Assembly: GCA_020721865.1 (NCBI GenBank)
Contig: DYLW01000001.1
Span: forward strand, 13,563-77,562
From: Leptospira biflexa
GTDB lineage: Bacteria > Spirochaetota > Leptospiria > Turneriellales > DYLW01
Reading direction: 5' to 3'
Length of the DNA: 64,000 bases
The notes beneath the pieces are model-generated. The model ran no database searches, had not been told where the DNA came from, and saw nothing but the letters and a program-made list of their open reading frames with translations. Position 1 is the first letter of the stretch. Each line of letters starts with the position of its first letter. Made by a program: the position numbers and the translations under genes. Shown here piece by piece: positions 37,375 to 47,343 of the stretch.

Positions 37375-39246
37375 ATGAAAAATCTCATCCAGAAAATCCG
37401 CATGATTCCGCTTACCATCCGGATTAAACTGATGGTAATTATCAGTATTCTTGTCTTTATCTCCCTGGGGACACTCACGTTTATATCCACCAGCATCTTT
37501 GAAGAAGATATGGAAAACATTATCAAACTGATGAACTCCAGAACATCCACGTTATTATCAGAAAAAATCCTCTCCGATATGGAAGAGCGGAAAAAAAGCG
37601 TTTTCTGGATGGACACCCTCCAGAAATCTCCCGCGTCCGGAAGTCCGGAAATCCGTCAACTGATTCGTAAAGCCTTCCAGGAGTTGCCTTCCACTGTAAT
37701 TCAGTTTTCCTGCCGGTATGCAAACGCAAAATGCACTCTGGGTTATTCCATGGAAAACAAGGAAAAAGTGGATGAGCTGGAAATAAATTCCACCGATTTA
37801 ATCCGCACGGTAATGCAAAAATATCTGTCCCAAAACCTGAATGGCCAGATACTGGTGAAGAATATTTCCCCGGATTATAAAAAACCTCTCATGATCATTG
37901 GCTTTCCTGTGGTTAAAAACAATACGCTGTCCGGGCTTCTGGTATCCGTAGTGGATGTCACCCACTTTTTGTCCATGTTTGATATCCGGAAAGGGCAAAC
38001 CGGCAAGAAAAATATTTACGATTCTTTTATGGTGGATCCACAGGGACAGATTTTAATCCATCCTCTGGAGAGTTATATTCTTTCACGGAAAAGCTTTGAT
38101 TCCCATCCGGCTGTTCGCAAAATGTTTACCTCTCAAACCAGGAATGGTTTAATCCGGTTTGAATATGAAAATGAAGATTTTTTTGGAGCCTATGCCAAAT
38201 TGTCCGGTTATAATCTGGGAGTTATCACCACCATCAAGGCGGACAAAGCTCTGGAGGGAGTGCAGATCGCCGTTATCCGCTCCATTCTGGTCTCCCTCCT
38301 TATCATGGCTTCTGCCATCCTATTTGTGTATTATTTCTCCAAAACCATATCCGAACCCATCCGCAATCTGCTTTCTGCCACCCGGGAAATTGAAAAAGGG
38401 AATTTTACCTACCGGGTAGAAACAGTCACCGCCGATGAAATTGGAGATTTGACGGATTCCTTTAACCACATGTCCCACGGCCTTTTGGAACGGGAACGGC
38501 TAAAAGGGGCCTTTGACCGATTTGTGAACAAAGATATTGCGGATGCCGTTCTGGCGGGAAACCTCCGGCTGGGAGGTGAAAGAAAAAAAGTGACCATTTT
38601 CTTTTCTGACATCCGGTCATTCACCGCCATCTCAGAAAAAATGGAACCGGAACAGGTGGTGGAATTTCTGAATCAGTATATGACCATGATGGTGGGTATC
38701 ATACACCGCCACAACGGAACGGTGGATAAATTTATCGGGGATGCAATTATGGCGGTCTGGGGAGCATCGGAGGATGATGTGAGCAATTGCCTGGATGCCG
38801 CTCTGGAAATGCGCTATGCCCTGATTGATTATAACAAGAACAGAACCAGGAGCCAGCCGGAAATTAAAATTGGGGCAGGGATTAACACCGGTAATGTGCT
38901 GGCCGGACAGATTGGCTCTGAAGACCGTCTGGAATATACCGTCATTGGGGATGCGGTGAACCTGGCATCCCGTATTGAGATGCTAAATAAACCTTTTGGC
39001 ACCGATGTTCTGATTTCAGAAAATACTTATAACGAAGTGAAAGGTAAATTCAAATGCATCTCCATGGAATCCATCACGGTAAAAGGAAAATCCAAACCCC
39101 AGAAGGTATTCTGTGTTCTGGGACGGGAGGGAGACACCAGAACACCGGGAAGTCTGGCCGCATTACGAAAACTGGCCGATATTAAAAAACCGGAAGGAAA
39201 AATTTCCACAGAAGAAGAAAAGAAATATGAAACTGTCAAAAAATGA
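37375..39246 (+). CDS. Class III adenylate/guanylate cyclase with TM, Cache-like sensor and HAMP
   Basis: TM1, an extracytoplasmic region (..FFGAYAKLSGYNLGVITTIKADKA), TM2 and HAMP (ISEPIRNLLSATREIEKGNFTYRV..DEIGDLTDSFNHM). Cyclase core: VTIFFSDIRSFTAISE, FIGDAIMAVWGA, GINTGNVLAGQIGS, YTVIGDAVNLASR. Confidence 0.9.
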   Translation: MKNLIQKIRMIPLTIRIKLMVIISILVFISLGTLTFISTSIFEEDMENIIKLMNSRTSTLLSEKILSDMEERKKSVFWMDTLQKSPASGSPEIRQLIRKAFQELPSTVIQFSCRYANAKCTLGYSMENKEKVDELEINSTDLIRTVMQKYLSQNLNGQILVKNISPDYKKPLMIIGFPVVKNNTLSGLLVSVVDVTHFLSMFDIRKGQTGKKNIYDSFMVDPQGQILIHPLESYILSRKSFDSHPAVRKMFTSQTRNGLIRFEYENEDFFGAYAKLSGYNLGVITTIKADKALEGVQIAVIRSILVSLLIMASAILFVYYFSKTISEPIRNLLSATREIEKGNFTYRVETVTADEIGDLTDSFNHMSHGLLERERLKGAFDRFVNKDIADAVLAGNLRLGGERKKVTIFFSDIRSFTAISEKMEPEQVVEFLNQYMTMMVGIIHRHNGTVDKFIGDAIMAVWGASEDDVSNCLDAALEMRYALIDYNKNRTRSQPEIKIGAGINTGNVLAGQIGSEDRLEYTVIGDAVNLASRIEMLNKPFGTDVLISENTYNEVKGKFKCISMESITVKGKSKPQKVFCVLGREGDTRTPGSLAALRKLADIKKPEGKISTEEEKKYETVKK

Positions 39247-40828
39247 TATTATTTTCACCGGAATCTCGCTGGTAGTCATTTTTACGTTGGTATTTTTGCT
39301 CTATGATAATATCAACTACCGCCAGCGGTCTTCCGCAGACGCCCAAGCCATTGGGACCGTTATCTATAAACACCACCGGGCGAAAAGAAAATTTATGGAC
39401 AGATTTATTTGGGAAAAGGTATCCCTCCTGACCCCGGTTTATCTGTTTGACTCCGTTATGACATTGCAGGAATCTTACACCATCATCCGCCTCTCCAGCG
39501 GAGCCCAGATTGCACTGGATCCGGAGACCCTTGTGGAAATTGATTTCATTGATGATAAAGTGGGTTTTAATCTGGAACGAGGTGGATTCCTGTCCCAGAA
39601 TTCGGGAGCGGAATTAACCATCCGGACGAAAGACAATACAAAAATAATCTTAGACAAGGGAGAATCCCGGATTTCCCAGGGAAACGGAGAAATGATGATT
39701 GCCGTCCAGAAAGGGAAAGCTTCTGTTATGCAGAATAACCAGAAAATCCACACGGTGGACCAAAACGAAATCCTGATGAAAAATAAAGAGGGTGGCTGGT
39801 CATCCCAAAAATTCAGCTATTCGCTGAAATCACCGGAAAATAATGGAGTACACTACCTGCCGGAAGACCAGGGAAAAAAGGAAGTCCGTTTCTCCTGGAC
39901 AGGCAACCCCCGCTATCTGTTAGTTTCTTCCCATCCTTTCATGAAATCCCCCAAAGTCCATTGGGTGAAAAACCAATCACAGATCACCCTGAATCTTCCG
40001 CCCGGAGTCTGGTACTGGAGTACATCTTCAGAAAATTCTTATAAAATTGATCCAAAAATAAAGATTTCCCCCATCGGCTCATTCATCATAAAAAAAGAGA
40101 AAAAAATTGAAGTGTTCCAACCAGCCAACAACACCGTCTTTGTCCAGTCCGGGAAAGGAAAGAAAGTTTCCTTTTCCTGGAAAAATACGGATGATGTGGA
40201 AATCTATCACTTTGTGCTTTCCCGAAATCCGGACTTTTCCAATCCGATATACCAGACGGATACCAGCAATACATCCCTGGTTCTGTCTGATCTTCCCGAA
40301 GGGAGATATTACTGGAGAGCGTCGGAAAAAAAACGGAATTCCCCCGTAGCAAAGGATACCGCATCCAGCTCCAGTCACAGTTATTCTTTTAAAATACGCA
40401 GATCCGAATCAGGGGAAAAAGACGGCCAGATAATCAATGCAAGCCCATTGGAAGCAGAAAAGATGGGAAAAGAAGATAAAACGGAGAAAAACAAGGTGGA
40501 GCTCCTGTATCCACCCAAAGAAAAACCCCTGTTCTCCGCAGAAAGTGTTTCCTTCCGGTGGGTAAAAAATCCCAAAGCGGTTTTGTATTCCGTAACCATA
40601 AAAAATGATCGCGGCAAAACCATACAAAATATTAAAACCAGAAAAAATTACATCCAAGATTACCGTATTCCGCAGCCTTTGAGGGGGAATAAAAAAATAA
40701 CGGTGGTGATTGAAGCAAAAGATAAAACAGGAAAAACCATTTCCACTTCCCACAGACAGTATACCATCCTCACCCTGCAGCCACCGTCAGAAAAAAGTAT
40801 TAGGGTATCTCTGCGGAAACCAAAATGA
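39227..40828 (+). CDS. Membrane-anchored FecR-domain protein with beta-sandwich (Fn3/PGxYYW) modules
   Basis: ATG 39227 gives MKLSKNDIIFTGISLVVIFTLVFLLY (anchor). FecR-like block (IALDPETLVEIDF..GGFLSQNSGAELTIRTKDNTKIILDKGESRIS), then modules with PPGVWYWSTSS and PEGRYYWRAS. It overlaps the cyclase 3' end by 20 nt. Confidence 0.7.
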   Translation: MKLSKNDIIFTGISLVVIFTLVFLLYDNINYRQRSSADAQAIGTVIYKHHRAKRKFMDRFIWEKVSLLTPVYLFDSVMTLQESYTIIRLSSGAQIALDPETLVEIDFIDDKVGFNLERGGFLSQNSGAELTIRTKDNTKIILDKGESRISQGNGEMMIAVQKGKASVMQNNQKIHTVDQNEILMKNKEGGWSSQKFSYSLKSPENNGVHYLPEDQGKKEVRFSWTGNPRYLLVSSHPFMKSPKVHWVKNQSQITLNLPPGVWYWSTSSENSYKIDPKIKISPIGSFIIKKEKKIEVFQPANNTVFVQSGKGKKVSFSWKNTDDVEIYHFVLSRNPDFSNPIYQTDTSNTSLVLSDLPEGRYYWRASEKKRNSPVAKDTASSSSHSYSFKIRRSESGEKDGQIINASPLEAEKMGKEDKTEKNKVELLYPPKEKPLFSAESVSFRWVKNPKAVLYSVTIKNDRGKTIQNIKTRKNYIQDYRIPQPLRGNKKITVVIEAKDKTGKTISTSHRQYTILTLQPPSEKSIRVSLRKPK

Positions 40829-40833
40829 AGCGG

Positions 40834-41817
40834 TTACGGAGAATGGGTATAAGTGGCAGAGTTTCCCAGAGAATCCGTTGCCCGGATAATGACCACTGCC
40901 TCTTTGGATAGCGGAATCGGGATTTTTCCTGGGGCGTAAATTGTTTTGATAACCCGGGCATTCCCATCCCGGATGTCCCCAGTGAGCGAGGAAGAATAAT
41001 CCTCAATATACACCACGATCCCTTCCGCCTGGATCTCCGTACGGATACGCGGAGGCAGGGTATCAACATAAAGAACGGTCTCCGTGAGGGCACCTTTATT
41101 CCCGTATTCATCTATGGAATAATACCGCAGCAGAAATTCCCCTTCCACATTTATAAATAAATTCTGGGAAAGGGTTGGCGTGGACAGCTCTTTGAATGAA
41201 TTTGTGCCTGCCGATTTTTTGGGACAAAAGCAATAATAAATTGTATTTGATTTGGAAATGGAGGATTTTGCTTCCAGCCGGATTACCGTATTGGCCATCA
41301 CCCAGAAGCCGTTCCTATAGGCAAATTTTGGCAGGATGTAAAGATTTGTTTTGGGGAGCATATACTGCCGGTACCGAGGATCAGACACCTTATCCAGCGG
41401 ATTATCTTTTTTATAGACTTCCTCCGGTGGTTTTTTTTTCACCGGTTTCTTTTTTATCTCCGGAGGACGAGGTGGTTCCGGTAATGGTATTGAAGCGGAC
41501 CATTTACTGTATGTCATCCCTTTTTCATTATTGCTCACCGAACGTATTTTTACCAGTTCATAGCCTTCGGTTATGGGTATAACGATAGATTCCTCATTGG
41601 CGATTATAATCAGGGGCTCCTTATCCGGATTCCGGGAATGCACCATGATTTCATAATAGTCCGCATGGGGTACTTTTTCCCATTGGATATAATAGCTGGA
41701 TTTTTCCTGAGCAGTCAAAAAAACCACAGAACAGGAAAAAAGAATTCCCAATAGAAGAAAGCTAAATTTCGCCATTCGGTTTTTAATGTAAACTCTTTTT
41801 TCCATTCGTGGTTTCAC
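40834..41817 (-). CDS. Secreted protein with an Fn3-like module, Pro/Lys-rich linker and CHB_HEX_C/Ig-like module
   Basis: Signal/anchor (FSFLLLGILFSCSVVFL), YYIQWEKVPHADYYEIMVHS (Fn3-like), linker PEPPRPPEIKKKPVKKKPPE, then EGEFLLRYYSIDEYGNKGALTETVLYVDTLPP. Confidence 0.55.
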   Translation of the reverse strand: MKPRMEKRVYIKNRMAKFSFLLLGILFSCSVVFLTAQEKSSYYIQWEKVPHADYYEIMVHSRNPDKEPLIIIANEESIVIPITEGYELVKIRSVSNNEKGMTYSKWSASIPLPEPPRPPEIKKKPVKKKPPEEVYKKDNPLDKVSDPRYRQYMLPKTNLYILPKFAYRNGFWVMANTVIRLEAKSSISKSNTIYYCFCPKKSAGTNSFKELSTPTLSQNLFINVEGEFLLRYYSIDEYGNKGALTETVLYVDTLPPRIRTEIQAEGIVVYIEDYSSSLTGDIRDGNARVIKTIYAPGKIPIPLSKEAVVIIRATDSLGNSATYTHSP

Positions 41818-41826
41818 TCGTCCTGA

Positions 41827-42747
41827 TTATTCTCCCGGATTGATCCTTTTGGCTCTGACCTCTACGGTGGCACGAGATGTCCGCAAATGTCCGGCGGCCA
41901 CCACCCGGTTCTGTCCCCTCTCGCTTAGTGCATAGACAATAAAAGCATCCACAAGCGGATTATTGGGGCGATACACCAATTTTAACGGACGGGACAGTTT
42001 ATAACTGCCGTCATGGACACTCTTTACGGATGGAGTAATAAACGGTTCCCCTTCCTTTCTGGCATAAGAGACCACGTTGATTTTCATCTTTTTTTCATCC
42101 ATTCCGGCACATACCATACCCATAAAACCAATACCACCCAAATTTATTTGAACCAAATCGGATACATTTTTATTATCCCTGGCAACCAGAGAATAGGATG
42201 CATATTCCAGATTTTTATTCTCTTCAAATACTTTTTCCCCGGCATCCAGCTTTCTCAATATGTGGTTTTTCATAAACAGGGCAGTGCCGGAATTATCATT
42301 TCTGATAATGGGAATCACCTTTAAATCCGGCCCACCAATTTCCCTATAATTTTTTATCTTCCCGGAGAACAATCCGGACAACTGCTCCAGAGTCACCTTA
42401 TCTAAGTTGTTTTTCTGGTGTACCACAATCGCAATCCCGTCATAGGCAATGGGCACATCCTCAAAATCCGGATTAGCCAAGTTTTCCAGTATGGTTCCTT
42501 CTATGTCATTGGACGTCATGGCAATATCCAGTTTCCCTTCCGATAGCAGGGATATCCCCAAACGAGAGCCACCACCACGGACATCCAGTTTCACTCCATT
42601 CTGCATCCTTGCATAGTCATCAGCCAAAATTTCCATTAGCGGCTGCATAGTTGTGGATCCTGCAATCTGTATCTGCTGTGTTTTTCCGCATGCGGAAAAA
42701 AACAATAGAAAGGCCATTCCCAACCCCGCCATTTTTAATTGTCTCAT
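41827..42747 (-). CDS. PstS-family (PBP_like_2) periplasmic binding lipoprotein, orphan
   Basis: Lipobox LLFFSAC. IQIAGSTTMQPLMEILADDY..VRGGGSRLGISLLSEGKLDIAMTSNDI is the phosphate-binding-protein fold pattern. There is no pstCAB nearby. Confidence 0.7.
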   Translation of the reverse strand: MRQLKMAGLGMAFLLFFSACGKTQQIQIAGSTTMQPLMEILADDYARMQNGVKLDVRGGGSRLGISLLSEGKLDIAMTSNDIEGTILENLANPDFEDVPIAYDGIAIVVHQKNNLDKVTLEQLSGLFSGKIKNYREIGGPDLKVIPIIRNDNSGTALFMKNHILRKLDAGEKVFEENKNLEYASYSLVARDNKNVSDLVQINLGGIGFMGMVCAGMDEKKMKINVVSYARKEGEPFITPSVKSVHDGSYKLSRPLKLVYRPNNPLVDAFIVYALSERGQNRVVAAGHLRTSRATVEVRAKRINPGE

Positions 42748-42815
42748 ACTCCCCCCTTTTAGAAATAAATCTTTGATATAATTGAAAACCCGGAATAAGC
42801 GTCAATTTCTATTTA

Positions 42816-43337
42816 TCAGCGGGCCAGTCGCACATCGACCAGTAAATCCCATAATGGTGCGTCCCCATTCTTAATGGCTTCTTTGAGGCGGGGAATGAAG
42901 GAATGGAATCCCGCAGAGATGTAGACAATGTCTTTTTCCGGATTATCCAGAATAATATTGGAGATATAGGGATCTTTGGGATTGTAAAAAATGGCCGATT
43001 GGTCTGAACTCATCTGTAGCCATATCCGATTGAGCAAATCCAGGGCAATTTTTTTTCTCTCTGCACCAATGGAAAAAATCACCCGGCATTTCTGGTCTCC
43101 GGAACGGTCACACTGTGGCTCTTTCAGATCTGCAATCTTTTTGCGGAACTCATTCAATTGATTCCTGCTCAAGGTCTCCGGATAAACAGATCTATAATAT
43201 TCTGCGTTGAAATTAATCCTGTTTTTTGGGGATGCAGGATCCATGAACACATGGACAACACGATCCTCCGCAAATAGGCCCCACCCCATTATCATTAAAA
43301 TCAGAATGATGATAATCCATTTATTCCTTCCATTCAT
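42816..43337 (-). CDS. Small secreted or membrane-anchored hypothetical protein
   Basis: N-terminal hydrophobic helix (WIIIILILMIMGWGLFA). First gene of the 43337->40834 minus-strand set. No recognised domain. Confidence 0.5.
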   Translation of the reverse strand: MNGRNKWIIIILILMIMGWGLFAEDRVVHVFMDPASPKNRINFNAEYYRSVYPETLSRNQLNEFRKKIADLKEPQCDRSGDQKCRVIFSIGAERKKIALDLLNRIWLQMSSDQSAIFYNPKDPYISNIILDNPEKDIVYISAGFHSFIPRLKEAIKNGDAPLWDLLVDVRLAR

Positions 43338-43480
43338 TGTTGTTTATCCGAATTGAGCCTTAAAAACTCAAGCACTTTTCTGGTTTTGCATGCACAACGG
43401 GCAAAACACAACTCCCGTCTTTGGCTTATTTAATCTGCATTTTCCCGGCCATAACTAACCCACGAAGAGACTGCCAACCG

Positions 43481-43515
43481 AAAAAGGGAAAAGATAATTT
43501 CCCATATCTTTTCCC
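43481..43515 (-). terminator. Rho-independent terminator of the CZB chemoreceptor gene
   Basis: Perfect 11-bp stem GGGAAAAGATA (43486-43496) / TATCTTTTCCC (43505-43515) with an 8-nt loop. On the minus strand it is followed by TTTTT (43485-43481). The hairpin begins 8 nt after the stop codon. Confidence 0.6.
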
Positions 43516-43523
43516 ATCAGTTT

Positions 43524-46331
43524 TCACTTATTATGCACTATGTCCTCTACCTCATCCAGCAAGGTTAACACAGAGTCGGAACTGTCTTCAAATACTTTCA
43601 TCATTTCCGGTATTTTTGTTTTGTCATTGGATTCCTGCAAGGCCACAATTTCTTTTATCTTTGTGTGCATAATTTCATGGACATTTTCCAGTTGCTTGAA
43701 CTGGGCAATCCCGGAATACTGATTCCCTTCCCCATACATCCATTTCCCCAGATCACATTCCCGGTGGGAAACAATCTGGCCTTTATCAATGGTGGATTCT
43801 CCCCGTAAAAATCCCCGCAGAGCCAGCCTCCAAGAAATGTGTGCCAGCTTGATGGGCAGAAAATCAAAGGATTCCTTATACAGGCGTTTATCTGTTTTAA
43901 AGAATACTATATCTCCCTGAATATACTCTGATTGACCGGAGACTTCTTCTGCGGTTGCAGCCAGCTCTTCGGATGCGGATGCGGACTGCTGGGTAACGGT
44001 ATCCAGATCCCCCATGGAAGTTTCAATGGTGGACACGCTTTCGCTCTGGAGCTGGCTGGCTGTGGCAATTTCCCGGACAAGCTGGGAGGTTTTCTGGATA
44101 CTGGGTACCAGCATATCCAGAAGATTTCCGGATTCCTCCGCTATCTTCACACTGTTTCCGGCCAGCCCACCAATTTCCTGGGCGGCTTTCTGGGAACGCT
44201 CGGCCAGCTTCCGTACTTCCGTGGCCACCACGGCAAAGCCTTTCCCATGCTCTCCGGCCCGTGCCGCTTCAATGGCCGCATTCAGAGCCAGCAGATTGGT
44301 CTGGTAGGCGATCTCTTCAATGATGGTGATTTTTTCTGCGATTTCCTTCATGGCGGATACGGTTTTATGGACTGCCTTGCCACCCTCGCCCGCTTCCTGG
44401 GCGGCTTTCATGGCCATTTCTTCCGTGATCCGTGAGTTATCCGTATTTAAGCGGATGGCCCCGGAAATATTTTCAAGGGATACCCGTGCATTGTCCACTG
44501 TGGATGACTGTTTGCTCGCTCCCTGGGCAATACTCTGGGCAGTGGAGCTCAATTCCTGGGAAGCACTTACCAGAGACTGGATATTGCGGGAAATATTTTT
44601 CATGATCTCCAGCAGTTTTTCCGATGTCTGGTTGGTCGCGTTCTGGATTTCCTCAAATTCCCCATGGTATTTTCCGGTAAATTTTTCCGTGAGATATCCT
44701 TCTGCTATGGCTTTCATTACTTTGGAAATCTTTGCCAGAATATTCTCCATGACATCCAGAAGAGTATTTACTCCCTGCCCCACAGCTTTGGTGAATCCAT
44801 GGGTCCCCTCTAATTCCATCCGTCGCGTTAAATCACCCTGGATAGCTCCAGAAATCACATTTTCAATATTTATCTCCGACTTCTTTTCCATGGTTAAATC
44901 CTTCCATTCCACAGCGGTCCCCAATCGGTTATTATTATCATCCACTACCGGGGTCATGGTCAGATCAAAAATAAATCCTGCCAGATTAATAGTGGTTCCA
45001 TAAGATCCGGTAAAATCTTTGATCAAATGATTCACCTTATCCGGATTTTTGTGGAACATATCAATGCTACGGCCAATCAACGAGTTGGCATCGAAACCGG
45101 GATACACAGTCCGAAGTTTTGCTTCCTTTTGTTTGAAAAAATTCCGGATGGATTTATTCATATATATGATTTTGTTCTCATTATCTGCGATAATAATATT
45201 GCTGGAGACATTATCCAGACCCACCTTGAGGCGGGCATTGGTGCCAACATTCTCTGCAATCTGTTCCTGCATGGATTTAATTCCACCAAAGAGACGCCCG
45301 TATTCATCTTCCGATGTAATGGTTATCTCGTTATCATAATTCCCTGCGGAGATTTTATCAAACAGAAGAATGGCCTTTTGTATATTTCGTGAAATTCCTG
45401 ATGCCACCAGAAATGCGATGAATATGCCCATACCCATAGCTATCGTAACAATAACCACCATGAAAGCAATCGTACTGGAAAGCTTATCCGCATAAAGACT
45501 GCGGTCCGTCATAATGGAAACCACCCCGATGGTCTTCCCCTTATAGTTTTTCAGAGAAGTGGTATACAGGGTGTATGGTTTCTGTTTGTATTCTTTTCTG
45601 GTATACTGGTCTTTTCCACTGAACGCCCGGTTAATGGTGTCCTGGGGAAGAAAGTCTTTATCCTCCAGAGTGGTGGCATAAGGCTTCATCTGGAAATCTT
45701 TCCCCACATCGTCAATCAGGTATAATATTACATCCACCGAATACTTCTTTTTAAAATCCAGAAGGGTGTCCACTTTCAGGGCGGTGCCAAATTCCACGGC
45801 ACCGATATGGACATTGTTAAACTGGACGGGTGCCACCCCCCGGATCCCAAATCCGAATACCCCGGTTTCCATTCCCCGGATGTGTTTTTTTTCCTGGTTG
45901 GCATCCACAATGGTCTTGCGAATATTGAACAGATCATCCCCATACTTTTCCAATTCATGAACCCGCAGAAAAGAAATTGCGGGGGGAAGATGAAACTGAA
46001 ACTGTCGCATATCATATCTTTTTTTCAAGGAAAGAAATGCCGGGTGCATCATCCGGGTGAGTCCATCTCTGTCCCGCCGGGCAAAGCTTTCCTTGACCGC
46101 AGGGATATGGGAGACAAAATCAGAGAGGGCTTCTGCCAGAAATCCCTGGTTGTCCACCATGTTGATAAAATTAAAATAGTAGCTTTTCAACTCCCGTTTT
46201 TCCGCTTCTTCGATGGTATTTCTTAAATTCCTGTAGAAAAAAAAGGACATTAAAACTACCACACCAAAAAAACCCGCTGCCAGCAACCCGGCAATCTTGA
46301 ACTTGATACTTTTTTTCATATTCCCCACCAT
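43524..46331 (-). CDS. Methyl-accepting chemotaxis protein: Cache sensor, HAMP, PAS, MCP signalling domain and C-terminal CZB zinc-binding domain
   Basis: Cache block [32 protein letters not shown]; PAS ([32 protein letters not shown]); MCP hairpin ([32 protein letters not shown]). The CZB motif is complete (HISW-x24-CDLGKW-x20-HEIMH). The start may be ATG 46319, which is preceded by GGTGGGG. Confidence 0.9.
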   Translation of the reverse strand: MVGNMKKSIKFKIAGLLAAGFFGVVVLMSFFFYRNLRNTIEEAEKRELKSYYFNFINMVDNQGFLAEALSDFVSHIPAVKESFARRDRDGLTRMMHPAFLSLKKRYDMRQFQFHLPPAISFLRVHELEKYGDDLFNIRKTIVDANQEKKHIRGMETGVFGFGIRGVAPVQFNNVHIGAVEFGTALKVDTLLDFKKKYSVDVILYLIDDVGKDFQMKPYATTLEDKDFLPQDTINRAFSGKDQYTRKEYKQKPYTLYTTSLKNYKGKTIGVVSIMTDRSLYADKLSSTIAFMVVIVTIAMGMGIFIAFLVASGISRNIQKAILLFDKISAGNYDNEITITSEDEYGRLFGGIKSMQEQIAENVGTNARLKVGLDNVSSNIIIADNENKIIYMNKSIRNFFKQKEAKLRTVYPGFDANSLIGRSIDMFHKNPDKVNHLIKDFTGSYGTTINLAGFIFDLTMTPVVDDNNNRLGTAVEWKDLTMEKKSEINIENVISGAIQGDLTRRMELEGTHGFTKAVGQGVNTLLDVMENILAKISKVMKAIAEGYLTEKFTGKYHGEFEEIQNATNQTSEKLLEIMKNISRNIQSLVSASQELSSTAQSIAQGASKQSSTVDNARVSLENISGAIRLNTDNSRITEEMAMKAAQEAGEGGKAVHKTVSAMKEIAEKITIIEEIAYQTNLLALNAAIEAARAGEHGKGFAVVATEVRKLAERSQKAAQEIGGLAGNSVKIAEESGNLLDMLVPSIQKTSQLVREIATASQLQSESVSTIETSMGDLDTVTQQSASASEELAATAEEVSGQSEYIQGDIVFFKTDKRLYKESFDFLPIKLAHISWRLALRGFLRGESTIDKGQIVSHRECDLGKWMYGEGNQYSGIAQFKQLENVHEIMHTKIKEIVALQESNDKTKIPEMMKVFEDSSDSVLTLLDEVEDIVHNK

Positions 46332-46437
46332 TCCATATTTTGAATCAGTCTAATTATTTAACCGACCATACGGCAAGATATTTTTTTCCCGGGGGAAAAA
46401 AAGGTGGATGCAATATCCATGGTTACTGCAAAAGACA

Positions 46438-47343
46438 ATGCTCATTTCCCGCTGTAAAAAAATATTTTATCTGGTTACTGTTCTTCTGCTGTGCCAGGCT
46501 CAGGCGGTAATTGCCTCATCGTATTTTTCCATGGCCGATGGGGGGGAAACCCCGGAAAATCAGATGAAATTCACGGATGGGAAGATTTCCGCTATGGTGG
46601 GGGAAAGTCTTTCGCTCTGGGAGAACCATTGGGCGGGGGTTTTTCTTCTGCCCGCCATTGAAATCGGCAATTTCCAGACGGGCCAGAGTTCCCCCCACCA
46701 GATGTGGCGGGGAAAAGCTGGCCTTTCCGCTCAATGGGATATCCCTATGAAAAGCCTTCCCTATCTGGAAACCGGCTTTGCCCATGAATCTGACCATGTC
46801 TCTGATGAAGAATCCTATAAGAAAAAATACTTTGTATCGGAAGGTAAATATCTGGACAACCGCAGCCTGCGGAGCTTTGAATATTTTTTTCTGGGCATCC
46901 CCCTCCGGCTTTATCCGGGACAAAAGTGGAAGACAGAGAGCATGGCCATCCTGCGAATTTTTACTCCGCCCGTGAATTCCCACGCTCCCTTTGCCCAGAA
47001 AGCAGGGTTTGCCTTTTCCGGATCATTGTCCTATTCCCCTGGAATCGATTTTTCTTTTTTTCTGAAACTATTGGCGGATAAAACCATCGGCGATTATACC
47101 CCATACATGGACTCGTATAAACCGGAGCTGGAACGAAACAATTTTTCCCGCTATGGCGTCCGGCTGGGTATGGACATTCGTTTGGCGAAGGTTATGGTTT
47201 CCCCCTCTTTGGGCTATTTTCACGGAACCGGCTATGGCATGGATTTTATGGAGAGGGTTTCCGGAGCGGTGTTCCAGATATCCGTGAACCGCATCCTTAC
47301 AGACGAAAGGAATCCAGATACTCCCCCAGATTTTCCAGAGTGA
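46438..47343 (+). CDS. Putative secreted / outer-membrane protein, function unknown
   Basis: ATG 46438 gives the signal-like MLISRCKKIFYLVTVLLLCQAQAVIA (ORF-track start 46408 is also possible). The composition is beta-rich. It contains a G7 tract, and its 3' end overlaps hisA by 47 nt. Confidence 0.5.
   Translation: MLISRCKKIFYLVTVLLLCQAQAVIASSYFSMADGGETPENQMKFTDGKISAMVGESLSLWENHWAGVFLLPAIEIGNFQTGQSSPHQMWRGKAGLSAQWDIPMKSLPYLETGFAHESDHVSDEESYKKKYFVSEGKYLDNRSLRSFEYFFLGIPLRLYPGQKWKTESMAILRIFTPPVNSHAPFAQKAGFAFSGSLSYSPGIDFSFFLKLLADKTIGDYTPYMDSYKPELERNNFSRYGVRLGMDIRLAKVMVSPSLGYFHGTGYGMDFMERVSGAVFQISVNRILTDERNPDTPPDFPE

Noticed and set aside
43383-43407. 7-bp inverted repeat GTTTTGC...GCAAAAC with an 11-nt loop upstream of the 173-aa gene.
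   Set aside because: The stem is short and AU-rich, with no flanking U-run on either strand. This is within chance expectation for a 186-bp spacer. The adjacent 11-bp hairpin at 43486-43515 already explains termination.
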